NCBI GenBank assembly: GCA_002104905.1
Contig: MCFE01000704.1
Span: 1 to 43,763 of the forward strand
Reading direction: 5' to 3'
DNA length: 43,763 bases
Origin: Basidiobolus meristosporus CBS 931.73
Lineage: Eukaryota > Fungi > Basidiobolomycota
The notes beneath the pieces are model-generated. The model was given only the letters and a program-made list of their open reading frames with translations, was not told the origin of the DNA and did not search any database. Below, one piece after another: positions 25,347-37,300 of the stretch; positions within the stretch are counted from its first letter, which is position 1; every line of letters starts with the position of its first letter. Position numbers and translations under genes: made by a program.

Positions 25347-27080
25347 ATGACTGACGCTGCTCCTGCCGAAAAGCTTTACTTGGACGAAGTTACTGGCGAA
25401 CAAGTCTCCAAGTCCGAGCTTAAGAGAAGAATCAAGCAAAGAGAGAGAGACGCCAAGAAGGCTGCCGCCGCCAAGGACAAGGCTGCTAACCAACAAGAGG
25501 CCCCCAAGAAACAGGTTAGCGCCGAGGATGCTGAGGAGGAGTTGAACCCCAACCAATACTTCGAGATTCGCAGCAAACTGATCAACAAGTTGCGCTCTGA
25601 TGGACCTACCCCCTATCCTCACAAGTTCCACGTCTCCATGTCTCTTCCCGATTTCATCCAGAAGTACAAGGACCTTCAACCCGGAGATCATCTTGATGAG
25701 GTTGTTACTGTTGCTGGACGTATCCACAACAAGCGTGCCTCGGGTGCCAAGTTGAGATTCTACGACTTGCATGGTGAGGGCGTCAAGGTTCAAGTTATGG
25801 CCCAAGCCCAGGATTCCGAGCGTGACTTCGCCACCGTTCACGATCTTTTGCGTCGTGGTGATATTGTTGGTGTCAAGGGATGCCCCGGAAAGTCCAAGAG
25901 AGGAGAGCTCTCCATCTTCCCCAAGGATGTCCAACTTCTTTCCCCCTGCTTGCACATGCTTCCTAAGGCCAACTACGGTTTGAAGGACCAAGAAACCCGT
26001 TACCGTCAACGTTATCTTGACTTGATCATGAACAACAACGTTCGCGACAAGTTCATGACCAGATCGGCCATCATCCGTTATGTCCGCAAGTTCTTGGACA
26101 ACCTTGACTTCTTGGAAGTTGAGACTCCCATGATGAACATGATTGCTGGTGGTGCCACTGCCAAGCCTTTCATCACCCACCACAACGACCTCAAGTTGGA
26201 CATGTTCATGCGTATTGCCCCTGAATTGTACCTCAAGATGCTTGTTGTTGGTGGCCTCGACCGTGTCTACGAAATCGGACGTCAGTTCCGTAACGAAGGT
26301 ATCGACTTGACCCATAACCCCGAGTTCACCACCTGTGAGTTCTATATGGCCTATGCCGATATGTACGATCTCATGGAGATGTCCGAGCAAATGATCTCTG
26401 GCATGGTCAAGGAGATCACCGGTGACTACAAGGTTATCTACCATCCCAACGGACAAGAGGGTGAGGCTGTTGAGATCGATTTCACTCCTCCATTCAGACG
26501 CATCAACATGATCGAGGAGTTGGAAACCCAATTGAACGTCCAATTCCCTCCTGCCGACCAACTCCACACCGAGGAAGCTCGTCAATTCTTGGATGACCTT
26601 TGCGTCAAGCACGGCGTTGACTGCTCCGCTCCTAGAACCAGCTCCCGTCTTTTGGACAAACTTGTCGGAGACTTCATTGAAGTCCAATGCGTCAGCCCAG
26701 GATTCATCATCGGTCACCCACAAATGATGTCCCCCTTGGCCAAGGCCCATCGCTCCATCAAGGGTCTCTGCGAGCGTTTCGAACTCTTCGTTGCTACCAA
26801 GGAAATCTGTAACGCATACACCGAGTTGAACGATCCCTTCGACCAACGTGAGCGTTTCGCCCAACAGGCCGCCGACAAGGCTGCCGGTGATGACGAAGCC
26901 CAAATGATTGATGAGAACTTCTGTACCTCTCTTGAATACGGCCTTCCTCCTACCGGTGGTTGGGGAATGGGTATCGATCGTCTCGTCATGTTCTTGACCG
27001 ACTCCAACAACATCAAGGAGGTCATTGCTTTCCCTGCCATGAAGCCCATTGATGAAGATCAAAAGCCCGCCCACGAGTAA
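25347..27080 (+). CDS. KRS1: Cytosolic-type lysyl-tRNA synthetase (class II), intronless
   Basis: [30 protein letters not shown]-fold anticodon domain, [10 protein letters not shown], motif 2 [15 protein letters not shown], motif 3 [16 protein letters not shown]. Confidence 0.98.
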   Translation: MTDAAPAEKLYLDEVTGEQVSKSELKRRIKQRERDAKKAAAAKDKAANQQEAPKKQVSAEDAEEELNPNQYFEIRSKLINKLRSDGPTPYPHKFHVSMSLPDFIQKYKDLQPGDHLDEVVTVAGRIHNKRASGAKLRFYDLHGEGVKVQVMAQAQDSERDFATVHDLLRRGDIVGVKGCPGKSKRGELSIFPKDVQLLSPCLHMLPKANYGLKDQETRYRQRYLDLIMNNNVRDKFMTRSAIIRYVRKFLDNLDFLEVETPMMNMIAGGATAKPFITHHNDLKLDMFMRIAPELYLKMLVVGGLDRVYEIGRQFRNEGIDLTHNPEFTTCEFYMAYADMYDLMEMSEQMISGMVKEITGDYKVIYHPNGQEGEAVEIDFTPPFRRINMIEELETQLNVQFPPADQLHTEEARQFLDDLCVKHGVDCSAPRTSSRLLDKLVGDFIEVQCVSPGFIIGHPQMMSPLAKAHRSIKGLCERFELFVATKEICNAYTELNDPFDQRERFAQQAADKAAGDDEAQMIDENFCTSLEYGLPPTGGWGMGIDRLVMFLTDSNNIKEVIAFPAMKPIDEDQKPAHE

Positions 27081-29144
27081 CTTGCCACCAACGAATCATT
27101 GTAACATGATTTCCCCGTACAGCTTTCCCTCGACTTCTATACTCTAATATTCCTCTATTTACGCCTTCGGTCATTCATGTATCCATTTCATTTGTTGTTG
27201 ACCATTCCAGTCGACTAATAAATATGAGCTCAAACCTACAGTTGAAGTTTAGGAAAGCGAATCAAGTGTGCCGAGGATGGTGGTTTCGATTTTTTCTTTT
27301 CTATTTGCCTGGCCCTCCGCAGACGGGTCGTTCACGTATATCTCCCCGACTCGATGCGTTGTTGCCGTCTAGTGTGATGACGTGATAGGTGGGGAGGGTT
27401 AGGGTTCGAGGGGGATCTGGCCCGTAACCCTTCAGATGATTCACTTAGGGTTAGCTAATAATGCGAGTCTGATTTTACCTTGAAGATCACAAGGCCGGCC
27501 TACAGGATCCACGATAAGGTAAGGGATCGGATCCGCGACAATGGGTCGGTCATTCGGAGAACACCAACCATACCTCATCCCATAAGCAGAGTAGAATCAT
27601 CTCCCCTGAATTCGACATACCAGGCACATGTAGTGTTACAACTGTGCACACATTGAGGTGACACACCGAGTGCGGGCTGATTGGTTACGCGACCCTCGGA
27701 ATTCTCTCCAGACACGCCGAGTGGCAATCAGTTCGAGCAGCATCCCAACTCCCGTTTCGGTGAATGAAGCCAGAGAGGGGGCCAAATAAAGTCCGAAAAG
27801 GCGAAGGACTAAAATGGCGTAGATTAATCACGACCATCTGACCCATTGCTGGAAAACGAAGATTGCCTGTGAATTCCACGGCATCTCGTAACATGTACCA
27901 TCGAAACAATTGACTCCACGCTTACTATAACCGAATTCGCTCGAAGGGTGAGCCATTGCTGAAATACTGGATAGCTGTCACTAAAGTTAGGTTTAATGTG
28001 GAGATCCTTATTTGAAATGGAATCTTGTTTAAGATGTTTGCTAACCGACCTTCAGTCGCAAATCATCGCACGGATGATTACGGAATAGCCATCTTCATGT
28101 TGATGGTACCTGACACCGCAACAACTCTTGCCCGCATTAGCGAGGCTATCCCGAACCCCTGGCGTCGACGGTTAGCAAGCTACCAACAAAAACATCTGAC
28201 TAACACCTTTCGCCAGAAGGCATCCACTGGATAGGACGAATACCGGTTAGCTGACTTGGCGAGCGTCGGGAATTAACCTGCGCAATGATTAACGTGTCTA
28301 TATTTAGTAGCGGCCTAGATTGGTCGATCAACAAAGTTTGGTATTTTATTCGACTCAGACTTCGATCAATACTTCTCAATAAGGCCTAATATGGTTACAT
28401 CATTGCCAATGTTTTAGAACGATCAGACCAAATTTGGAAAACACGGAATGGATTCCGAGTGACTAGAATTGTCAAAATTGACCAGCACTCAAGGTGTCCT
28501 AATGAAGGAGACATTTCGTATCGGTGGCTTTTCATGAATGCTCGTCGTTTGTGGTATATTCGTGGGCTCGTATCACTTTGCGGGGTACTGGGACGGTGCC
28601 GCCTGGATATCTCAGAGACATTGAGGGTCCTTCGCCCCTGAGTGTACAATCATATGCTTGAGGAGAGGGATTGTAACTCCAGCTTTTACTAGACACCTCC
28701 GCCCAATTGGTGCCATTCTTGGTGACTGATTCAACAGTAGGGCAGATCTAGGGCGAATCCATATCGGATGTCGGTGATCTTAGGGTAGACTTAAAATATC
28801 GCCTACCGGTTGATTGGTCGAGCTAGGCTATTAAATATGCCACTTTAAACTAAAATCTACGGGTTTCATTGGCCACCCAAAGGGGGATTTAGAATATTCG
28901 CAGGACAGAAAGTTCATTCGTAACGGTCAAGAAACAGAAGCATCTGCATTGTTTTTGATATACCGGGAAATTGATTGGCTTCAAGATCGAAGGCACGTCG
29001 TGTAATTGGAATGCGAGATTTAGTCAGTAGATATAAAGATGGGATTTCCTTAGTTGCATCCTCGATTTGTATTTCAGTCTTGCTAGCAATCTTTGTTCTC
29101 TAATTGCTGCCACTTGCCCCACTCACACCAACTCCACTCTTAGT

Positions 29145-30520
29145 ATGCCACAAGATCATCAATTCGTGGATCTTGATCGCTTCACTTCCTTGCAGGATAA
29201 TTCGTATGTATTCATCATTTCCACTGCCCAACTACCATTGTTGACTCATGTTTGTTTCCAAGAGGAATTGAACTTATAATGCGTCAGAATCCAGACAGAG
29301 CCCAAGTGTGTACAAGCAAGGATAAACTAGGGGAGAAACCTGTTGATCCGCCACCAATTGTGCAGATTAGACAAAGTGGAACATCTACACAAGATTTCAA
29401 GTATGTTTTAGCCACATGTAAGAGTGTCTTACCCACCCACCTAACGCGACTAGCAGTCATATCTTGCAGAATCCAAGTTTCTTCATGATGACCGAGGTGA
29501 TTGGCCCCACTGATGTGCAGCAGGTGATCCCCTCGAACGCTTTCTCCGGAACCTTATCTTCCTCGCTCCACAAACTGAAGGACGTCGATAACAATGGTAG
29601 GTTTCTATACGGCCGTGCGCAGTCGTCTCGAGTTTCGTACTAACAGGCTTCCATCGGTAGACGGCGGGTTCTTTATTTTCCCAGAAATCTCGGTGAAGCT
29701 GGAGGGCTCGTTCAGACTCCGCTTCAAACTGTATCAGATACACGAAGGATCCACGCACTTCATCACCTCCCTGTGCTCAGACGTGTTCACTGTATATTCT
29801 TCCAAAACATTCCCCGGGATTCAGGAATCCACGTTTCTCTCACGGTCATTTTCCGACCAGGGCGCCCGCATTCGCGTTAGAAAGGGGAGTCGGTCGAACA
29901 GCAAGAGAAAAGGCTCCACTCTGGCCATCTCCTCCTACCCAAGCTCCTCAAATCTCGAGCGACGCAACTCCCAGTTTTCCATCATGGAAGGCTTGTCACC
30001 TAACAAAGTGGCTCGATCCCCCAGTTTGGAACTGGTGTCGGATTCCGAGAATTGTATTTCTATGGAGCGGCGAGCCTCGTATCTCATCGCATCTCATCTT
30101 AGCAGCCATTCGGACAAAAGGCCTAGCTTGATCAACCTCTCGCCAAGACCTCTGCAAGCAGTTTTCCACAACCCGAGCACCTCGTATATAAAGAGTGAGC
30201 GGGAGTCCACAAAGACATCGCCAGAATCCACCTCATTTAGCGAGTGCTCTACAAACTCCATCAGCTCCACGTATCTTAGCAACACTAGACCCATTCACCC
30301 CTCCGCTCCGCAGATACAAGTCACGCCCACCTCACTACCGCCAATTGTCCTCAACTCCGAGGAGAATAGTCCTGTGTACAAGCGGTCAAGAAAATACGAG
30401 CCTCCATCTCCGCTGACCACCACCACTGACTTCTTTCCCAACATGTTTGACACTTACTTGAGCCAGTTAAACATCCCACTCAGCTCCGATAATGGGCGTA
30501 CCCGGTGTCAAAGGCGTTAA
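29145..30520 (+). CDS. Velvet-domain transcription factor (VosA/VelC-like), multi-exon
   Basis: ELIMRQNPDRAQVC...KPVDPPPIVQI, LSSSLHKLKDVDN|DGGFFIFPEISVKLEGSFRLRFKL, FTVYSSKTFPGIQESTFLSRSFSDQGARIRVRK. Confidence 0.92.
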
Positions 30521-30748
30521 GAAAAAAACCATCCAGATTGCCATGCGTGCCGTGCATAGTTTTGTCTAATCTCATCCCGAAGTGTATCTCCATCCAATCT
30601 CTAAATCCTTTGTAGTATTTCCTTTTTCTCTATACATATTCCGCATCTAATTGATCCTGATCATGGCCGAAATAAAAACTCTTCCTTCCGCAACATCACA
30701 TCAACCGTGTCGAGCCGTGTTTATTGTAAGGGGTTGGCCTATTTCTAT

Positions 30749-32676
30749 TCACGCTTCATATCCAGCTGGGAGATCACACCAGCCCATTTCTTTTACACAC
30801 CAGAGTGGGGCGATGGCTGCTCCCTTGACGCCACGCCCGCCCATTCTGTACCGCCATTCGTTGAGCCTTGGGAATGCACGTTTCACCGAGCCGAATATGT
30901 CGGTGTAGTTGATGGCGCTGTAGCCACTCCAGAGCACCTCTGCAGCTGCAGCAGCACGGGGCCACATCTGCACCTCGAGGTTATAGGTGTCGATTTGCTC
31001 GCCCCAGAGTGCGGGCTCACCACCAAGAACGTGGACGCCTTCAGCCTCGGTAAGGTTGGCCCGGAGATCGTGGGAATAAACCTTCTGCCATGTACGATAC
31101 TTGTCACAAGTTGGGCAATCAACCCAGCCCGGGGCATGGCGACCATGGCCCACATCAAGATACCAGTAATCGGAGCCACTTTGAATAATGTCATGGCCTT
31201 GGCCAACGATCACCTTGGTGTTTTGACTCCCGGTCCATTGTTGGATGATGAAGTGTTTTGGGATGGTGAGATTCAGGTCCTTGTTCAGCAGTGCTTCCTC
31301 CCACACAATCGGGCGTTTGCCGGTGGCTGCCACATATTCATCGACCTTGTTGTAGAAGTGCTGCATCGCCTCAATCACTGTGATGTTCTTTTCTTGGAGG
31401 TTCTTTTGGAAGACCTCGCTCTCACTGTAGCAGCGCATGCCAACCTCGTCACCACCGGTATGAAGGAATTCATCCGGGAACCAAGAGGCCACCTCTTTGA
31501 TGAGATTTTCGGTGACCTCGTAGGTGATATCCTGGGTGACATCGAATTGCCCGCTTGGTGGCTGGTAATCAATGGCACGCCATACGGGTTGAGCGTTGGC
31601 ACACACGAGCATTCCAGGGAACAACAAACCCGTGGCATAGGCATGTCCTGGCATTTCTATCTCTGGCACAACACGGATACCGCGCTGGAACGACCGTGCA
31701 GTTAGTACGGTGGCTTGAAGCCAGATGACTCACGACAACATACCTCAAGAGCGAATCCCACCAGATCATGGATATCCTCCTTGGTGTAGATCATGCCGGG
31801 CTGGAATCTATCGTAGGCCATTTTGCGGAGTTGTGGGTATACCTGAGGATCGCTTAGTTTTGCGCTGCGACAAACCGTTAGTTACGAAGCGGCTCAATAC
31901 CTCGGAGGCAAACGAAAAACTTTGGGCGTCGGTCAGATGGAGATGGAGCACATTAAATTTGTTCCAGCTCAATGCGTCAATCTGCTTCTTTATCTCTTCA
32001 ACGGGAAGGAAGTTTCGGGTGACGTCAAGCATAAATCCACGGTGCTTGTATGCTGGCTTGTCCTCGATATGCCAAGGACCATAGGAGATGTATCTCCCCT
32101 GAGCGAGGGGTTGTTAGGATAATGGTGCGCAGAGGAGCAGAAAGAGTGACTTACGATATCATTCTCATAGTTTACTAATTGGCTCAGGGTTTCTAAGGCA
32201 CGTAGAGCTCCGAAGACCGTCTTGGATTTGATGGTGGCGGTGACTGATTTGTGGGAATCAACGGGGACATCCAGGGTGTATGATTCATCGGTGTTCAATT
32301 CCAGCTTGGCGTCGCCATCCTCAATCTCCAACACCACTTCGTTAAGCCATGTGTTGCCTTTCTTGACTGGAATCATGTTCTTCCTAGCCATCTCCTCGCC
32401 GGAGGATTCAACTGGCGCCTCGGACCAACGGACGAAGGTTGCCCAATTTTCTTCGCGCACAGTATGCTTGAAGCGATTGGCCGCCTTCCGGGCAATGCCC
32501 ATGTAGCCGCCATTGCCCTGGATCTTGACATCAAGCTCGGCAGAAACCATGATCGTGTCATCTCCTTGGGTGAATTTTTGAGGTCTTGGCCAGACATATG
32601 CGGCGTCTGGTCCTTGGTTTACAAGAAGCGTAGCAGTGACCAGGAGGACGCCAAGAGAGTCTAGAAATTTGACCAT
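30749..32676 (-). CDS. Secreted beta-N-acetylhexosaminidase (GH20), multi-exon
   Basis: Signal peptide then VWPRP, HRGFMLDVTRNF, KFNVLHLHLTDAQSF, EIEMPGH, catalytic HTGGDE, GGEPALWGE, MWPRAAAAAEVLW. Confidence 0.95.
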
Positions 32677-33272
32677 GTTGAAGATGTTTTTGTTGCTGGT
32701 TACCGGCTTACATTTAAATAGAGGAACTTTGCTAGCCGGTATCGTAAAAAGAACCTTCCCAGAAGCCACAAAGAAAGCACACGCACTGACAGGTGGGAAT
32801 GGAATGGGCCTTCATGGTTGCACTTCTACCGATTGGTATGGATATAGTCACTATGGCTCCACGTAACTCTGAGCTTAAAGGCTTAGTTCCTTAAATGTGG
32901 ATATCCTTGAGCTAAATTGGTAGGAATCATGAGGTGGAGGTGTGGAGGAACGGTTACGTGCTCTCGAGTTCTACAAAACCCTTCATTCTAAGCCATACTG
33001 CTTTTGACGTGGATTAGCGTCCTTTATTTATGCTCCGTCTACCAGTGTGTAGCGAGTTAAGCCATGCTTCTTTGGATCAAAATCAACATCCTTTATGTTC
33101 TATCGGCCGGAGTGTAGTTAGTGCGGAATATATTCGAGATGAGATGTGTCATAGAATGGTTATGGAAATTATTTGGAGCCCCGACTTCCACTGATTATCG
33201 GAGATGAAGTCCAGCAGCGTCAAAATACCCACCACAGGCGCGAATATGGAAATCTATATATGCCCAGAGCAT

Positions 33273-33334
33273 GTCGAGGCACAGTAGTCGAAGGCACAGT
33301 AGTCGAAAAGGGCATAGTAGTCGAAGCATAGTAG
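33273..33334. repeat. ~15-bp degenerate tandem repeat (GTCGAAGGCACAGTA) x4
   Basis: Read directly. Confidence 0.8.
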
Positions 33335-33453
33335 AATATATCTCTTTTGGTGTTCGATGGCTGCTCATGGGAGCAAGCATCGTATTACAAGCCGAATTCC
33401 TTTCATCTAGAACCCGAGCATGTACCGAATTGGTAAGATGCTGTTTCGGCAAC

Positions 33454-33541
33454 TATGGGCTATAGGAATATGCTGCTGTTTCTTTGCTTTATTATGGGTT
33501 ATAGGAATATACCGCTGTTTCTTTCCTTTATTATGGGTTAT
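33454..33541. repeat. 39-bp tandem duplication downstream of the GST stop
   Basis: TATGGG(C/T)TATAGGAATAT..CGCTGTTTCTTT(G/C)CTTTAT x2.3. Confidence 0.8.
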
Positions 33542-33580
33542 GTGAATTCGGATGTAATCGTACATGATCAAGCGCACACC

Positions 33581-34455
33581 TCAGTGAGCCTTTACGGCGC
33601 TACGTTCGCGGGCATATGATCCAATGACTTGGTGGTTTTCAATGGTCTCTTGAAGCTTGTCAAAAGCTGATACATTATCGAAGGCGTCGCTGTCGTGCTG
33701 CTTCACCAGTTTGATGATAACATAGGCGAGGATGTCGACTAGTGACAGCTTATCCCCAACATAGAACCCATTGCCATTCTTGGACAGTTGGCTTCCATGG
33801 TAGTTGATGATTTCAGTAGCAGTGGTTTTGTAGCTTTGTGTGGCAGCTTCCTTGGCTTCCTCTGTCTTGGCGAAGCGAATTTGCACCAAGTAATTAATCA
33901 AGGTAGCCCATCCTTCGGCGTAACTATCAATCAAGGCGGCCTCGCGCTCATTAGCTCCAACAAGACCTGGGAAAGCAGTTTAGCAAACCAATCCATTGCT
34001 TGATATTGGCTAAAGTAGGTACCAAATTTGCGAGCCAAGTAGCGCTCGATGGCGTGACTTTCCCCGAGCTGGAACTCCTACGACAAAGATTTAGAAAGCA
34101 TGCTCGCAAATAGGATAAAAGGGATACATACTGTGCCATCCTCTAGGAATTCGGTCAAAACCGGAAGGCACCCGAAAGGAGTGGTAGGCTTTTCATCGGC
34201 CCAGTTCTGAGGGATGGGTTAGTCGTCATGCTAATCAGCAGGGCAATCCAGCACAGCAATCATCAACTTACGGTGGGGTGACGTTCTGTCCAGTTGACCT
34301 AATCACCGATTGGAGAGTAATTTAGTATGCGGCGCTTCATTGGACCTTGTAAGCTACATCACCTTTCCATATTGAAGTAGGAAGCGAATCACCTCACCAC
34401 GACCGGGGGAGGGGAAGTAGAAGAGTTCGTAGCGAGTAGTGCTTGAGGTTGACAT
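33581..34455 (-). CDS. Glutathione S-transferase (sigma/class-II-like), 5 exons
   Basis: Manual splicing: MSTSSTTRYELFYFPSPGRGEVIRFLLQYGK|VNWTERHPT|NWADEKPTTPFGCLPVLTEFLEDGT|EFQLGESHAIERYLARKF|GLVGANEREAALIDSY...FYVGDKLSLVDIL. Confidence 0.9.
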
Positions 34456-34811
34456 GGCTATACGAAATGCTGATGATGCGAATCAATTTTTATAGACACA
34501 ATGGAAAATGCTGGAATCGAGGGCTGACAAATTCTGCTTACTAATATGCCACTGTAATTGAATGTGACCAGGAGCCTCATCTGCTGGTTCCACAGTAGTT
34601 CATTAAGTCACTGATTTGTAGCTATCATGCAGAAATAGCTCTTGCATGACGTTTGGATATATCGATTTATTTTGTCTAATCCTCGTCAAATAATACAGTT
34701 TTACAATCATTGATAGTGGGCAGAATTCAAAGTCCGAGAGCTTCCAATTTGCTCGATTCCAGCATAATACCTCTCGTAACTAAGCTGGAGAAGAGCGAGC
34801 GAGGCTTTCTT

Positions 34812-35414
34812 CTAAGCAAGGTTTTGTAGGCTCTCGATAATAGTAGCAGAGTCAATTACATCGATCCGACGAGTAAACCGGCACTCAAGAAGGAAAGCAT
34901 GAATCTCAGGCTTGGGATCGTAGACGCAATCAGATACGACGGTTACACCATACTCTCGCTCGCAAGCTTGTAAGACGGTGCTCAAGATGGCATTAGAAGT
35001 AGAGATGCCGAGCAGGATGACTTTTTGGATCTTGTTAGCTCGGAGGAGGAGTTCAAGATCTGTGTTGTAGAAGGCACTGGAACCGCGCTTCACAACCACG
35101 GGCTCATTCTCAAGAGGGGTGAACTCGGGATGAAAGTCAGCAGAGGGCGTGCCTTCCACAAACATGTTTGCATTCTTCACATAGGCACGGGAAGAATCAG
35201 CAGCAATTTCGGGGTGTCCAGGGCGAAAGGCAACCTTAACGTTTATTACGAAAGGACGCCGCTCTAAAGGGACGGCATGAATGGCCTTACGAAAGGTTGC
35301 AGACTTCTCCAGAAAGGCGCCGAGACGTTCCTGCTCGGAAGCCATTGACAGAATGCCATTCTCGTAGTCACAGAAAATGATGGCAGTCTTAGTGAAGTCA
35401 GCAGGAGTGGACAT
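34812..35414 (-). CDS. Isochorismatase/cysteine-hydrolase superfamily protein, intronless, 200 aa
   Basis: AIIFCDYEN, EPVVVKRGSSAFYNTDLELLLRANKI, VILLGISTSNAILST, YGVTVVSDCVYD. Confidence 0.9.
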   Translation of the reverse strand: MSTPADFTKTAIIFCDYENGILSMASEQERLGAFLEKSATFRKAIHAVPLERRPFVINVKVAFRPGHPEIAADSSRAYVKNANMFVEGTPSADFHPEFTPLENEPVVVKRGSSAFYNTDLELLLRANKIQKVILLGISTSNAILSTVLQACEREYGVTVVSDCVYDPKPEIHAFLLECRFTRRIDVIDSATIIESLQNLA

Positions 35415-36062
35415 GGTTGGTAGTACGAGATACGGAATAGGAATGTATCAATGAAGGTGGAGGTGATGTTTTTACTCCATCTCTTCAAAACAGGTACTTG
35501 TGAGTTTGCTCATTGGTGTATCGATTATCCAGTCATTATTGATCGATTTGCTTGATTGAAAAGTAAACAAACTACTGTTGTCAAATATATACTAGTTACA
35601 TTTGCCACATAGCCAACATATTCTTCAATGTTTGGGTAGATCTTTAATGGCTGAGGTAGTTGGTTAGTTACTAGAATGAGACTGCTGAGAAGCTTTGTGC
35701 ATAGTTTAGCATTGGCAAAATTCTGTAATCAAGGGTGAAACATGCCCTAAAGTAAGTAAATGCTGTGGAACCCAAATAAGTTACCTTGCTTAATGATAGC
35801 ACCTCTGGAAATTGCAAGGAAGCAATACCCAGGAAGTTTGCCAGCATGTAAGTGGAGAATGGCTTTTGGCAGATGACACATGAAGGTTGCATAGCTAAAA
35901 TGGAGGTGGTCACTCCCAAGCTCCAGTATGCAATGTCTGTATATCTGTGCTCTTCCCAAAGCAGTGTAGTTTTCTAGCTGGGATTACTCTTGTGCAGCCC
36001 CTGGCAGAAACAAGCATATAAATGAGTTATAGTGTATGATTTTGTGTTTGCTAATGCATATG

Positions 36063-37300
36063 TAGGGTTAGGGGAGACAGTCACCAACAGGTGAAATCTT
36101 TATTTCAGTTGAAACAAAGAAGCCAGTGCTACTGTTGTAGCTTTGATACAAGAGTGTGTAGCTGAGGGAAATTTGCAGGTAGGTTAACAAGAAGTGATGA
36201 TAGTTCTTCAGTGCTCAAGACACTGTTCAGTGGGAAGGGGGGTAGCAAGAGGGGTAAGAATGATTTGTGAATAACATTAATGAGGGGAATATGATAAGGA
36301 TTGATATTCATCATAAAGGGAGTGTGCTGCTTCAGATATTGCTGCCAAAGGTCTGTCAAGTACTTCTGGTAGGCCAGTTTGGGTTTTTTGGATTGCAGAA
36401 TATATTGAGCAAACTCCTTGACTTCAGGATCTCCAAGTATAGTTCTCCAGCAGGAGCCAGGTGTAGTGTGGTGTGTTCTCTTCCAGGCCTTAATCAGTGG
36501 GTTGTTGCAGTGGTGAAGTCTGAGATATAATCTGGTTCTAAGGTAGAGTAGTCTGATCTTGTAGGGCATAAACCAAAAGCACAAAGAATAGCATGTCTGT
36601 AGGGGCATTCAGGCAAATGAGGCACCAAGCAGGTAATGCACCAGACTGCAAACTTGTCAAGCTTAGTACAGTCTCTAAAAGTAAGAGAGAGAAGTGGTAA
36701 GCCAAATTCCAGGACAGGGAAGACAAACTGCTTAAGTAGAAGGAGGCAGCTGGGAGCTGAAGTTGTAGGAGGAGTGACAGCCAGTAGCTTGTGGAGTGCC
36801 TGTCTTGCCAGGATAATTCTCTTCTTCAGGTGTGCTCCAGAGTCTAGTCCAGTAGGAAGGAAAGGAAAGCCAAGATATGTAGCAGAAACTTGAGCAGGTA
36901 GAGTGCAGTTGTCTAAGTTGATAGGACAACCCAAAGGTACTGTCTTTGCAATGGAAAGCTGGAGATTATTCTTCTGCAGACACTGGTGGATGGTCTGGGA
37001 GTCTTGTTGCACATTGGAGGAGGATATTCCGATGTCATCAGCAAAGAGAGTAACCAGGCAGTCAGCTGAGAGTCTTGGGAAATCATTCAGGAAGATGGCA
37101 AACAGTATAGGACCAAGCACAGAGCTGTGAACCACTCCATTAGGAACTGAGAACACTGCTGATTGCTCACCTGGGTGCAGAATACTTGCTTGTGGATCCA
37201 GAAACAGAGATCTGACAAGGAGGGTGAGAGAGGTACTGGAGAAGCATTGCAACTTGGACCAAAGCAGATTTCTGTCAACTGAATCAAAGGCCTTAGTAAT
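36063..37300 (-). mobile_element. Non-LTR retrotransposon (LINE) copy 1, 5'-truncated, with telomere-repeat tail
   Basis: RT motifs ITKAFDS, GVVHSSVLGPILF, LFADDI, YLGFP; 1-bp deletion at ~36574 relative to copy 2; 3' end TAGGGTTAGGGG on + (36063-36074). Confidence 0.9.

Noticed and set aside
25338-27074. 578-aa antisense ORF over KRS1
   Set aside because: Codon-for-codon shadow of a highly biased gene (few TTA/CTA/TCA codons on the sense strand); no domain recognisable.
27374-27472. C/D box snoRNA (GTGATGA ... CTGA)
   Set aside because: No terminal stem and no convincing guide of 10 nt or more that I can match to rRNA; such boxes occur by chance.
30707-31705. 332-aa antisense ORF over the hexosaminidase (similar shadows over RPS31, CHS7 and RPS25)
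   Set aside because: Reverse-frame shadows of well-supported genes.
21430-35414. Secondary-metabolite or detox gene cluster (P450, velvet, GST, isochorismatase)
   Set aside because: No backbone synthase, and housekeeping genes (KRS1, SCOC) are interspersed.
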